Origin: Squalus acanthias
Lineage: Eukaryota
DNA length: 64,000 nucleotides
Direction: 5' to 3'
Assembly (NCBI GenBank): GCA_030390025.1
Contig: CM059432.1
Coordinates: 27,654,001 to 27,718,000 of the forward strand
Shown: one piece after another, positions 11,880-24,059 of the stretch
Layout of the letters: every line of letters starts with the position of its first letter
Numbering within the stretch: the first letter of the stretch is position 1
Made by a program: the position numbers and the translations under genes
The notes under the pieces: model-generated
What the model saw: only the letters and a program-made list of their open reading frames with translations
Told to the model about the DNA's origin: nothing
Database searches by the model: none

Positions 11880-13270
11880 GAATTCCATTCCCCTGCTCTA
11901 GTTTCATTTCTCTGCCCTATTCCCATATCCTTTTATATTTTTCCTTTTCAAATACTTATATAATTGGCTTTTTAAATGTTCCAGCCACCGTGGAAAGCAT
12001 TCCATGTTCTAGTAACCTTCTGTGTGGAAATAAATTCTTCCAACTTCCCACTTTGTTCTTCTATTGATAGTCCTGAGTTGAGACACCCCTCGTTACTGAT
12101 TTGCCAACCAGTGGAAAGGATCTTTCAATATTTACTCCCTGAAAACATTACAGAATTCTGAAAAACTCTATTAGATATCCCCCCTTAATCTTTTCTGTTC
12201 TAGTGAAAATAGCTGGTTTTTTAACCCTTTGTTAAATATAATTTCTCTATCCTGTAGTAATTATAGCAAAACTTCACTTGATCCTTTCCATAGCTCTAAT
12301 ATTCTTCCTATAATGGAGTTCCAACAATTCCAACTGTGGCCTAACCAGTGTCTTGCCCAAATTGAAAATAACCTCTATTTTTATATTAAATTCCCCTATA
12401 TATAGAACTCAGAATCTCACTTGCCTTCTTATGGTCTTTTCTCCTGTATTCTCATTCTTTCATGCCATTCAGTTTCCCTTACTCTTTGCTATCTGTCTAT
12501 ATCCATCTTTCTATCCATAAAGTTACATTAGCATTTACTTTCATGTGCCTTAAGTTTTGTAACAAGTCTTATTAGGTGGCTCCTGAAAATGCATAACATC
12601 CACTGCATTCCCTTTATAGAAGCATAGAATAAAAGCATAGAAGATAGGAGCAGGAGTAGGCCATTCGGCTCCTCGAGCCTGCTCCGCCATTTAATGAGAT
12701 CATGGCTGATCTATACATTCTGTAATTTCCACAAAAAAAATCAATTAAATTGGTCAAGCACGAACTGCCCATTACAAATCTGACTGTTCCTGATTAGTCC
12801 ATGCCTGAATTAAGATAAGTGATTTCTGGATAGTAATTAGGGGATATATGAGGCCTCCTGGGGCTTGCTCGAGTGCCGATGAGGGGCAGAGAAGCATTAC
12901 TATCCTCTCCCAGGAGGTAAGGGGAGAGGATAATTGGTGCACGGGGACGAAATTAGCCCACGGTTGAGTCCTTTTCTTGTCGCGGATTCATAAATATAAA
13001 CAAATTTGTTCACTAATTTCAGCCTGTATTATTGGCTCTAGAAGTTATCCACAATGAAGATAAGACCTACAATTTCTTGGCTTATCCCTTTCTTCCCGGA
13101 GTAGGATTGTAAGACTGGCACCATGCTCGTGTGTTCCCGCTCCCCTCCCTCCCCTCACCCACACCCCATTCCTTTGGCATGATTCACATTGCCAAAAACT
13201 TTTGGAAGATTAAGGTTAGTGCCTCAGTTATCTCATCCCCTAACTTTATTTAATATTCTGAGTTGTAAAG
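11880..13270 (-). mobile_element. Old, heavily degraded CR1 fragments (with a younger CR1 3' tail at ~12630-12712)
   Basis: Patchy nucleotide similarity to the reverse complement of CR1 RT/3' regions; no long ORF. Confidence 0.55.
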
Positions 13271-13519
13271 AAAGAAAGAGCTTTTTTTAAATATTGCACC
13301 TTTCATGACCTTAGGATGTCCCAAAGCGCTACATGGCCAATGAAGTACATTTGAAGTGTAAACAAGTAAAGAAGTCGTCCAAAATGCCTGAACTTTTTTT
13401 CATAATATACCTGTAATCATCTTTGTAGCTCACACTGGATCTTCTTTAGGGTTAATACTATGGTTAGGTGACCAGAACTACACACTGCACTCCAGGTGGG
13501 GTCTGATTAATGTCCTACT

Positions 13520-14087
13520 TAGTAAAGGACAGGTACAGAAAATAATCAAAAAGGCTAATGGAATGCTGGCCTTTATATCTAAAGGATTAGAATACAAGGG
13601 GGTAGAAGTTATACTAAAGCCTTGGTTAGACCACATCTATTCAGTTCTGGCACCACACCTTAGGAAGGATATATTTTTGAGCACCACACCTTAGGAAGGA
13701 TATATTGGCCTTGGAGTGAGTGCAGCGTAGGTTTACTAGAATGATACCTGGACTCCAAGGGTTCAATTACGAGGAGAGATTACACAAACTAGGGTTGTAT
13801 TCTCTGGAATTTAGATGGTTAAGGGGTGATTTGATCAAAGTTTTCAAGATATTAAGGGCAACTGATGGAGAGGGTAGATAGAGAGAAACTATTTCCGCTG
13901 GTTGGGGAGTCTAGAACTAGGGGACATAGCCTAAAAATTAGAGCCAGACCTTTCAGAAGAGAAGTTAGGAAACACTTCTACACGCAAAGGGTGGTAGAAG
14001 TTTGGAACTCTCTTCCGAAAATGGCAGTTGATGCCTGGTCAATTGCTAATTTTAAATCTGAGATTGATAGGTTTTTATTAACCAAAA
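13520..14087 (+). mobile_element. CR1 RT C-terminal fragment
   Basis: KKANGMLAFI...ESRTRGHSLK...QRVVEVWNSLP. Small internal direct duplication of GCACCACACCTTAGGAAGGATAT at ~13650-13703. Confidence 0.9.
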
Positions 14088-14837
14088 CCTGGAGCCCTTT
14101 GTCCTGCGCATGACACATTTCATGTTTTCTATTATGCACTTATCCAATAAAATCCTCAGTTTTCCTAGATTTCTACTGCTCCATTTTCACTAGTAATGAA
14201 TCAAAATATTTTTATGAAAGCTCCATTCATTATCAACATAATAAGATTTGAATAATAGCTTTGGACAATAGCTTGAATGTAATAAGATCACTACTTCCAT
14301 TGTGTGACTTTTGACCACTACAGGATACCAGCCTGCAAGTTAAACACTAATAGAATCATAGAATCTTACAGCACAGAAGGAGGCCATTAGGCCCATCGAG
14401 TCTGTGCTGGCCCTTTGAATGAGCTGTCCTCCACCTAATGTTCACACACGCACTTCCAGCGAGCGTCTGATTCCCCGCCCCCTCCCCAATCCAGGGACAT
14501 ACGGGAAAAATGCAGCATGTTATCTGCTGCCCTGGCTGGGAATCAGGTGACTCAGCACAGGTCAGGAATCAAACCTGGGGCATTCTGCCTTTACGGGTTA
14601 GTACCGCACCAGGCTGCAATTCCATATTTATAAATGGTAAACACATGAACCAAGGGAGCCGCGACAAGAAGAGAATTTCTAACAAAGTCTGATGAGCATT
14701 GTTTCAGGAGTCCTTTCCCAGGCTCGGGGTGTAAGCGCAGCATGCAGTTTTCCACTGACCTGTATGGAGTGGGTAAATTGCAGGTTCAATCCCTCGTCTG
14801 TGCTGACTAACACGTGTCCCCACTACTCATCGTCTTT

Positions 14838-15813
14838 GAACATAAGAACATAAGAAATAGGAACAGGAGTAGGCCAATTGGCCCCTCGAGCCTGCTCCGC
14901 CATTCAATAAGATCATGGCTGATCTGATCCTAACCGCCAATCTACTATCACAGAACCATCTCCTGAACCTAACAGAATTGGACACACGAAATAGGAGCAG
15001 GATCAGGCTACATGGCCCCTGGGCCCGCTACGCTACCCACAGGGCCATGACCGATCCGAACCTAGACTCATGTCCAAATTCCTGCCCGCTCCCCGTAACC
15101 CTTAATGCCCTTTACTTCTAGGAAACTGTCTATTTCTGTTTTAAATTTATTTAATGATGTAGCTTCTACAGCTTTTTGTGGCAGCATATTCCATGGACCT
15201 ACCACCCTCTGAGTGAAGTAGTTCCTCCTCATCTCAGTTTTGAAAGAGCAGCCCCTTATTCTAAGACTATGTCCCCTAGTTCTAGTCTCACCCGTCATCG
15301 GGAACATCCTCCCCGCATCCACCCGATCCAACCCCTTCACAATCTTATATGTTTCAATAAGATCGCCTCTCATTCTTCTGAACTCCAATGAGTAGAGTCC
15401 CAATCTACCCAACCTCTCCTCATATGTCCATCCCCTCATCCCCGGGATTAACCGAGTGAACCTTCTTTGTACTGACTCGAGAGCAAGTATGTCTTTTCTT
15501 AAGTATGGACACCAAAACTGTATGCAGTATTCCAGGTGCGGTCTCACCAATACCTTGTACAACTGAAGCAATGCCTCCCTATTTTTATATTCTATCCCCT
15601 TAGCAATGAAAGCCAACATTCCATTGGCCTTCTTAATCACTTGCTGCACCTGCATACTAACCTTTTGAGTTTTGTGCACCAGGACCCCCAGATCCCTTTG
15701 TACTTCAGTACTTTCCAGTTTCTTGTCATTTAGATAATAACTTGCTCTACTATTTTTCCTGCCAAAGTGCATAACCTCACACTTTCCAGTATTGTATTCC
15801 ATCTGCCAAATCT
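14838..15813 (-). mobile_element. 5'-truncated CR1, subfamily with doubled 3' end
   Basis: 244-aa RT C-terminal ORF 15068-15802; closely similar to the copy at 55519-58548. Confidence 0.95.
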
Positions 15814-16648
15814 TTGGAGAGAGGAGAGGAGGAAATCAACCAGGGGCTCGACTCCTGTATGCTGACTTCTACTGTAAAGTTCATTTGTGTGTGCAAGTGT
15901 GTTTACGTATGTGTGCATGCGTTCATGGATGTGTGTGTCTGCGTGCGTGCGTGAGGAGATCAGCTGAGGGCAGAAGCAGAATCAGCTGTGATGGCTCCAT
16001 GCTTGAAAACACTGCTCACGGTCTGGGCTTAATGGTGAACAATGGTGAAAGGGCAAATGGCTGCTGGCCCTTCCAATTACAACGCAGCATGTCAGTGTGC
16101 TTTCTGAAAGGGTGGGGGAGAGTGAGGAAATAGTGCCGGTATACACCCCAATGATGCAGGGCTTGTATCGACGTTCTATCAGGGGCAGTCAGCATGTAAA
16201 CTCACTGGCGAACAAGTGGCGTGACTTACTGGATGGCGGCCAATCTCCTGGAGATGCTGGTATCCGCACGCACCTTTAGTCAGAGGAACAAGAGAAATAG
16301 AATCGGATTAATCACCTCACTCTCATACGAGCAGGAGGAAACCAAACAAGGTTTCACAGCAAAGAGGTGAGCAGTGTATCACAGCCCCGCTTTCAGCACA
16401 GTTCATCTCCCTGCCCCACAAGGTAAATGAGCATGCGGGCTAGTGTTGCTGCTCCATAGACCTGCGGCCGCTTGATCTCAGGTGTGCTGTTTATAAACCT
16501 CCCACCCTTCATATAACCTGGTGCATTTATTTTACGGTTGGGGGGGGAGAATTGTAAATGAGAGTGGGCGGGTGGGGGCAGGGTGAGTGTCAATCCACCC
16601 ACCCACCACCCCAATCAATTTGATGTTGCTCGATCCAGGTGGATGTCC

Positions 16649-17117
16649 TATAAGAACATAAGATGTAGGAGCAGGAGTAGGTCATTTGGCCCCTCGAGCC
16701 TGCTCCGCCATTCAATAAGATCATGGCTGATCTGATCTTGGCCTCAACTCCACTTCCCTGCCCGCTCCCCATAACCCTTGACTCCCTTACCTTTCAAAAA
16801 TCTGTCTATCTCCACCTTAAATATATTCCATGACCCAGCCTCCACAGCTCTCTGGGGAAGAGAATTCCACAGATTCACGACCCTCTGAGAGAAGAAATTC
16901 CTCCTCATTTCTGATTTAAAAGGGTGCCCCCTTAATCTGAAATTATTCCCCCTAGTTCTAGATTCCCCCACGAGGGGAAACATCCTCTCTGCATCTACCC
17001 TGTCAAGCCCCTTCAGAATCTTATATGTTTCAATAAGATCCCCTCTCATTCTTCTAAACTCCAATGAGTATAGGCCCAACCTGCTCAACCTTTCTTCATA
17101 AGACAACCCCTTCATCT
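16649..17117 (-). mobile_element. CR1 3' fragment
   Basis: ORF 16744-17115 (GLSYEERL...RAGKWS) plus tail. Confidence 0.95.
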
Positions 17118-17485
17118 GACATGGAATAAAAGTAGAAGTCTGTTATAACATTTACAGGTTGCAAGGACTGGAATATTCCATCACCTCAGTGACTGCTGCT
17201 GCTGCTCACATTGGAGCTTTCAGGCAGATTAGCAAATCATTGAGAGAGATGTTTGTTCTATGGTTTCTGATACTGCACTGCATTGAGTTGTAAAATATCA
17301 AAAGTCAGAACTTGACCTACATTGAATCACTTGTTGATTGCTTGAAGGAACAATTATATCTCTTAACCTATGCTAAGGTACGGTTCCACAGGGACTGCCA
17401 CCACTGTTACAGCCTCTGTGCAATGTTGGCTACACCAGTTTTGTTCAATAGAATCGTTGACTAGTGCAAAACGCTACATAGACGA

Positions 17486-18215
17486 GGGCCCAGAAATTCG
17501 GCTCCCTGGCTTCCCGCGGGTGCAAGGATCCCGTGCGCACCTACCTACCGCGCCTCCCGTTGACCTCTGGGCCCACGGGGTCTTCAGCTCCTGGGTCTCC
17601 CCCAACTGCCGGCCGCGCAGTGCTTGTGTATCCCAGGGGCGTAGTTAGTGCGATGCGTCCCCTGGGATCACGTGGGCCATGGAGAGCCAATGGCAGCAGG
17701 CCATCTTTCATTTGAAATCGGCCCCAAAACAACACCTAAACTTCAAATAATTTTTTTAAAAACCATCACATTTTAAAAATAACTATAAGTTAAATAAATT
17801 AACTACTGTAAACAAAAATTTAAATTTTTGAAAAAATTAAAATACTTTTTAACAGTGCTAAAAATAAACTTACCTTTCTTTAGAATATCTAAAAAAGATA
17901 AACCTGTTGAAATTTTTTTTAAATTGTAATTAATTAACCACTTACCTTGTTGAAAACGGGTCCTGCGCCTCCTTTTTAAAAGCGCAGCTTCTTCAATAAT
18001 TACCCTCCCGGAGAAACCTGAAAAAAAACCTAAGTTCGCTGCGTGCGCGCAGCCTCTCCCGCGCACGCGGTTCACCTCTGAACCGCTCCCTTCACGAGAC
18101 CGGAAGTTCCGGTTTCCTGCGCATGCGCAGTGCATGCAGGAAACCGACACTTCAGGAGGCCTTACGGGTGAGTACACAGTGCGTACTCACCCGGCAAGTG
18201 CCGAATTTTTGGCCC
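17486..18215. mobile_element. Harbinger-type MITE
   Basis: Imperfect TIRs GGGCCCAGAAATTCGGC / GCCGAATTTTTGGCCC; GC-rich arms around an AT-rich core. Confidence 0.7.
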
Positions 18216-18541
18216 AATACTTCTTGTGTACATTTAATAGCAAACATCTATCACCATTCAATGCAAAACCCTACAGTACTTTTCTCTTTGTTTGGAATTC
18301 TAGCATGAATTTATCAGACCCAGCACAACTTAGTGTAGCCTCTAGATTCTTGTCCAGCAGTTGCGAGCGGTACTTTGATTCATCAGAGTGATTGCTGAGA
18401 ATGTTGACTCTCACAACAAGACATGCAAGATCTGCCCCTGCTCTCCATCCAGAATACTCTGTCCAGCTTTAGTCCCTTCACATGGTGGTGATATTGAAGC
18501 GTTTGGAGGAGGGCCACAAGAATGATTCATAGAGTTACATA

Positions 18542-19377
18542 GGCCGGAATTTTGCCGGTCCTCAGAGTGTGGGATTGGAGGCGGGACCGCTGTCAAAATC
18601 GCAAAGATTGACAGCGGGCAGGAAACCCGCTGTCAACCCGCCTCCAATCAATCTTCCCAAGTGTCGGGTCCCCGATTTGCGCATGGACTCGACACCTAGC
18701 GGCGGGAAGAGGATTATAGCCAAAGGTTCTTTTTCAATTTTGCCGCTTCTGCCTCGGGTTCCCCGACGTCTGGACACCACGCCAGGTAAGTGTGGTGTGT
18801 TGTGAGTCTGCTGTAATGTTTCTACATTGATGACAGCTGCAGAAGTGGTGTGAAGGATCCAATTGTGCACTGGTGAGTTTCAGAGGTAAGAAAATGTTGG
18901 GGAAATCTTTTTTAATGTATTTACTCTTTTCTGTAGGTGACAAGATTTGAATTGGCTGTCTAGTCCCACCTCATTGGAAGAACCTCTCTCACCAGTGACA
19001 ATTCGCTTCTGTAACCTCACCTGCAGCTGTCATCTGTTCTAGCCTAAGGAGGGAGTGACTGGAGAGCCTGGGTTCAAGATCTCACCTGTGAACAGTCATT
19101 GTCAGTGTTTGCAGCACCTCAATGCTGTCAAACACTGAGAAATGAGCTGTCAATGAAAAATTGTGCGAGGTCCCTTTAAGAAAACCGGCAGATGACGCGT
19201 CATCAAATGATGTCATCTGACCAGCTTCTTAATTGGCCAGCAAGCCCAGAGGGCGGGCTTAACAAGACCAATCAACATAAGATCACATCCGTTGGCCGGC
19301 TGCAGTTGGGGGCGGGACTGGAACCCGGAAACCAGCTGACCCGCTCCCAAGCCGCATCCATTTGCAAAATCATGGCC
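18542..19377. mobile_element. Harbinger-type MITE with ATA target-site duplication
   Basis: TIRs GGCCGGAATTTTGC / GCAAAATCATGGCC; ATA at 18539-18541 and 19378-19380. Confidence 0.75.
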
Positions 19378-20205
19378 ATAGAGTCTACAGCACAGAAACA
19401 GGCCATTTAGCCCGACTTGTCTATGCTGGCGTTTATGCTCCACATGAGCCTCCTCCCACCCCTCTTCATCTAACCCTATCAGCATAGCCTTCTATTCCTT
19501 TCTTCCTCATGTGCTTATCTAGCTTGCCCTTAAATGCATCTATGCTATTTGCCTCAACTACTCCTTGTGATAGCACGTTCCACATTCTTACCACTCTTTG
19601 GATAATGAAGTTTTTCCTGAATTCCTTATTGGATCTATTAGTGACTATCTTATTTTTGTGTCCTCTAGTTTTGGATGCCCCCACAAGTGGAAACATCTTC
19701 CCTACGTCTACTCTATCAAACCCCTTCATAATTTCAAAGACCTAAATTAGGTCACTCCTTAGCCTTCTCTTTTCTAGAAAAAAGAGCCCCAGCCTGTTGA
19801 GTCTTTCCTGATAGTTATAACTTTTGAGGGCTGGGAGGAGGCTCGCGTGGAGCATAAATGCCAGCATAGACAAGTTGGGCCAAATGGTCTATTTCTATGC
19901 TGTAAACTCGATGTAACTCTCAGTTCTGGTATCAGCCTTATAAAAAACTTTTTGCACCTTCTCCAGTGCCTCTGTATCCTTTTTGAAATATGTAGAGCAA
20001 AACTATGCACAGTACTCCAAGTGTGGTCTAACCAAGGTTCTATACAAGTTTAACATAACTGCTCTGCTTTTCAATTCTATATCTCTAGAAATGAACCACA
20101 GTGTTGAGTTTTATTATGGACTTATTAAACTGCGCCATTACTTTTAGTGACTTGTATATCTGTATCCATAGATCCCTTTGTTCCTCTACCACATTCAGAC
20201 TCTTA
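19378..20205 (-). mobile_element. CR1 3' fragment, containing an inverted ~90-bp CR1 3'-end insert at ~19826-19913
   Basis: ORF 19466-19729 is CR1 C-terminal; the insert is flanked by TAACT. Confidence 0.85.
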
Positions 20206-21080
20206 GGCCCCGATATTAATATGAAGGCAGCTTCCGAGCAGGGAGGTGGTGGGTAGAATTGCGTGGGGGAAACCCGGAAGTCAACTGAGCAGGTCAGAAT
20301 CTGCGATCTCAACTCAACTGTTCCAATTAATTTGGACTTCTGGGTTTCACGTACCCCAAGCTGTATATTGGCTGTGATGCGCATCCGCAAGACGCGATCT
20401 CAGCTGCATTTAAAGAGAAAGTGCTCAAATGGAAATTGGAGGTGTTCAGGATTGATGGCGGACATAAAGCAAGTGCAGCGTCCAGATTTAATCGTGGAAA
20501 AATTCGGTTGATTTGCGCCTCCCGTTAGGGCGCTAATGGGGCGCAAAGCAACTAGCGCCTGGGCACGGCGTCGCTAACGCCTCCCACGAAATTCAGCGGG
20601 AGGTTAGCGGTGGCGGTAACCATTAGCGCCCCGCGGCGCTGCGCTGCCGGCGATGACGTCATCGCCATGCGCAGTGCCCCGCTCGCGCCCTGGCTGTGAT
20701 CTTCGGTAGCGCCCCCTGACTTACCGCCGGACGCTATGTCCGACAGGGTCAGGGGGGGCCTACCTGCGGCCGGGGCAGCGCTAATTAAAGGGAAGGTGCC
20801 GGGCAGCCATTTTTGTGGCTAGCCGCCTGCCAGCACGTGCCCACTTTGCCATCCCCGGCCTTCTGAGTAGCCCCCCCGCGGAGTGCCGGGCACTTCTCTT
20901 GAGTGCCGGGCTCTTTTGCCGGCACTCCGATCCCTGGTGGCCCAGCTGGGCCCCGGGTCACGCTGCGCTTGGCCTTCGGTGGGTCCACTTAGAAAGTTGT
21001 TTGGGTTTTCTCCTGGTGATTCACATCTCACAAGTGAATACGAGCAGATACTGGTGGCAGGGACAGCTGTGGAGAGTCTG

Positions 21081-21410
21081 AATCACAGAATCACAGAATC
21101 CCCACAGTGCAGATAGAGGCCATTTCGGCCCATCGAGCCTGCATCGACACATATCCCACCCTATCCCCGTAACCCCACGTATTTAATCCCCCTAATCCCC
21201 CTAACACTAAGGGTCAATTTATCATAGCCAAATCAACCTAACCCGCACATCTTTGGACTGTGGGAGGAAACCGGAGCACCCGGAGGAAACCCACGCAGAC
21301 ACGGGGAGAATGTGCAAACTCCACACAGACAGTCACCCGAGGCCGGATTCGAACCCGGGTCTCTGGCGCTGTGAGGCAACAGTGCTAACCACTATGCCAC
21401 CGTGTTGCCC
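21081..21410 (-). mobile_element. Full-length tRNA-derived SINE of the shark HE1/V-SINE type
   Basis: A box TGGCATAGTGG, B box GGTTCGAATCC, central GTCTGTGTGGAGTTTGCACATTCTCCCCGTG domain, CR1-like tail (ATTCTGTG)n. TSD GTCTG at 21076-21080 and 21411-21415. Confidence 0.9.
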
Positions 21411-21914
21411 GTCTGCGTCGGGGTGGGGGTGCGCAATCCTATCTAAGCTCTGCTCAGCTGGACACAGATGCCCCGCACACTCTCCACAATAGCAGAGAGG
21501 CCAAAAGCATTTCAGCAGTCAGGGCCGGGATCTGAGCAACCTGCCTTTACCTCTGCTGAAGCCACACGGGATGCCCACATAGAAGCGGTAGGAAGCGTAA
21601 GTTGAAGAAATTGTAATTCACCAAGGGTATGCACATGGGCATTTGACAAAATATTACGTTGTTAAACTTCCTTCAATTATAATGCAATGTAAAATTTATT
21701 GATTCACACCACTTCCATGTCTTGCCCATTATTGCGTACCGAGTGCCACCTCACCCTTGGACTTATTTCATGATGAATGTTATCACATGACGGGCCCCAT
21801 TGGGCAGATGCGCAATGGGTGGATGAGTGGTTGAAGGAATGTTTAGTGCGAAGGGAGGCGGGAGGTGGTCGTGGTGGTGGGAGCGGACCGCAGGATTCCA
21901 TTTGTTTTGCTTCA

Positions 21915-22890
21915 CACTAGGTGAACCATCACAATATTAGGTTACCCCCTGGCATCCCGGGCAGCAATGTAAGCGGCAGGTCTGGCGATGGTTGCCCCAT
22001 CTTCATCCTCCCCCTCCATGTTCTCCTCATCCGAAGATGAGTGATGAGCCCCTTTGTCCTCCTCCACCTGCAGTCCTCTCTGCTGCGCAATGTTGTGCAG
22101 GATGCAGCGCACCACTATCATTCCGGACACCCTGACTGGTGAGTACTGAACGGCACCTCCAGACCTATCTAGGTACCTAAAGCGCATCTTCAACATTCCA
22201 ATGGTTTGCTCGATGACACACCTGGTGGTCATGTGGCTCGCATTGTAGCGCTTTTGTGCTTCATTGGTGGGGCTCCTCACAGGTTTCATGAGGCGAGTTT
22301 AAAGTGAGTATCCCTTGTCCCCTATGAGCCAGCCCTTAAATCTGCTTCCTGGAATGAAATAGTCTGGGATGTTGGACTGTCTCAATATGAAGGCATCATG
22401 GGAATCTTCTTGTGGTTGCACACCAGCTGTGCATTGATGGAGGAATATCCCTTGTGGGTTATAAAACTCCGAGTTGCTGTGATGGTGCTCAGACTGGCAT
22501 GTGTTGCAGTCGATGGCATCCTGTACCTGGGGAATTCCAGCCAGAGAGGCAAATCCAAGTGGCCCGCTCATTCTGACTATTGTCATCACAGGAGAAGATT
22601 ACATAACTTCCAGCCTTGACAAACAATCCATCCGTCAACTGCCTTATGCATTTGTGTCAGTCAATTGGGAAATTGCTGGTAGCACCCTGGAAGGATCCGG
22701 AGGAGAAAAAGTTGAGGGTGATTGTCGTTTTCACAGCCACTGGTAATACATGGCTACCAGGGCCAGCAGGGAGCAGGTCTTCCTGTAGGAGGGAGTGCTG
22801 CACTGTATTCCACCAACTGACGTGACAACCTCAGCCTGCGGAAACATTGCTCTTCCGAGAGGTCAAGGAAGCTGAGCTGAGCCTGTAAAC
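21915..22890 (-). pseudogene. Harbinger (HARBI1-family) DDE transposase, frameshifted
   Basis: QDAIDC, SHDAFILRQS, LIGDKGY, VIEQTIGMLKMRFRYLDRSGG, ILHN motifs in successive frames. Confidence 0.92.
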
Positions 22891-24058
22891 CTGTGCAACT
22901 CCCTCCTGTGCAACACACTCCTGTGCAACTCCCTCCTGGGCAACTCCCTCCTGGGCAACTCCCTCCTGGGCAACTACCTCCTGTGCAACTCCCTCCTGGG
23001 CAACTCCCTCCTGGGCAACTCCCTCCTGGGCAACTACCTCCTGTGCAACTCCCTCCTGGGCAACTCCCTCCTGTGCAACACACTCCTGTGCAACTCCCTC
23101 CTGGGCAACTACCTCCTGTGCAACACACTCCTGTGCAACTCCCTCCTGGGCAACTCCCTCCTGGGCAACTACCTCCTGTGCAACTACCTCCTGTGCAACT
23201 CCCTCCTGTGCAAGTCCCTCCTGTGCAAAACTCTCCTGTGCAAGTCCCTCCTGTGCAACTCCCTCCGGTGCAACACTCTCCTGCGCAACTCCCTCCGGTG
23301 CAACACTCTCCTGCGCAACTCCCTCCTGTGCAACACCCTCCTGCGCAACACCCTCCGGTGCAACACTCTCCTGCGCAACTCCCTCCTGTGCAACATTCTC
23401 CTGGGCAACACCCTCCTGTGCAACTCCCTCCTGTGCAAATCCCTCCTGTGCAACACTCTCCTGTGAAACTCCCTCCTGTGCAACACCCTCCTGCGCAACA
23501 CCCTCCGGTGCAACACTCTCCTGCGCAACTCCCTCCTGTGCAACATTCTCCTGGGCAACACCCTCCTGTGCAACTCCCTCCTGTGCAAATCCCTCCTGTG
23601 CAACACTCTCCTGTGAAACTCCCTCCTGTGCAACACTCTCCTGTGCAACTCCCTCCTGTGCAACTCCCTCCTGTGCAACACTCTCCTGTGCAACTCCCTC
23701 CTGTGCAACTCCCTCCTGTGCAACACTCTCCTGTGAAACTCCCTCCTGTGCAACACTCTCCTGTGCAACTCCCTCCTGTGCAACTCCCTCCTGTGCAACT
23801 ACCTCCTGTGCATCTCCCTCCTGTGCAACACTCTCCTGTGCAACTCCCTCCTGCGCAACATTCTCCTGTGCAACACTCTCCTGTGCAACTCCCTCCTGTG
23901 CAACTCCCTCCTGTGCAACACTCTGCTGTGCAACACTCTCCTGTGCAACTCCCTCCTGTGCAACTCCCTCCTGTGCAACACTCTGCTGTGCAACTCCCTC
24001 CGGTGCAACTCCCTCCGGTGCAACTCCCTCCTGTGCACCTCCTTCCTGTGCACCTGCG
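22891..24058. repeat. 15-bp minisatellite, ~78 copies, consensus CCTGTGCAACTCCCT
   Basis: Directly visible tandem array with unit variants and a 150-bp higher-order duplication. Confidence 0.98.
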
Positions 24059-24059
24059 C

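Larger units (their letters stand above)
20206..24058. mobile_element. Rearranged Harbinger element (TIR end, CpG-rich segment, Myb-gene fragment, transposase pseudogene, minisatellite)
   Basis: TTA|GGCCCCGATATTAAT terminus. FSPGDSHLTSEYEQILVAGTAVES and SSAQLDTDA match the 42.9-43.0 kb Myb-gene exon 3. Confidence 0.75.

Noticed and set aside
17158..17377. Plus-strand exon candidate ending at AAG|GTACGG
   Set aside because: In-frame stop mid-way, weak acceptor and no recognisable peptide.
20494..20975. CpG-island promoter of a host gene
   Set aside because: Lies within a Harbinger patchwork and begins with a TIR-like GGAAAAATTCGG; more likely young TE sequence.
21340..21410. tRNA gene (also 24710-24780)
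   Set aside because: tRNA-derived SINE heads continuous with SINE bodies.
22891..24058. CRISPR array
   Set aside because: Head-to-tail repeats with no unique spacers; eukaryotic context; no cas genes.
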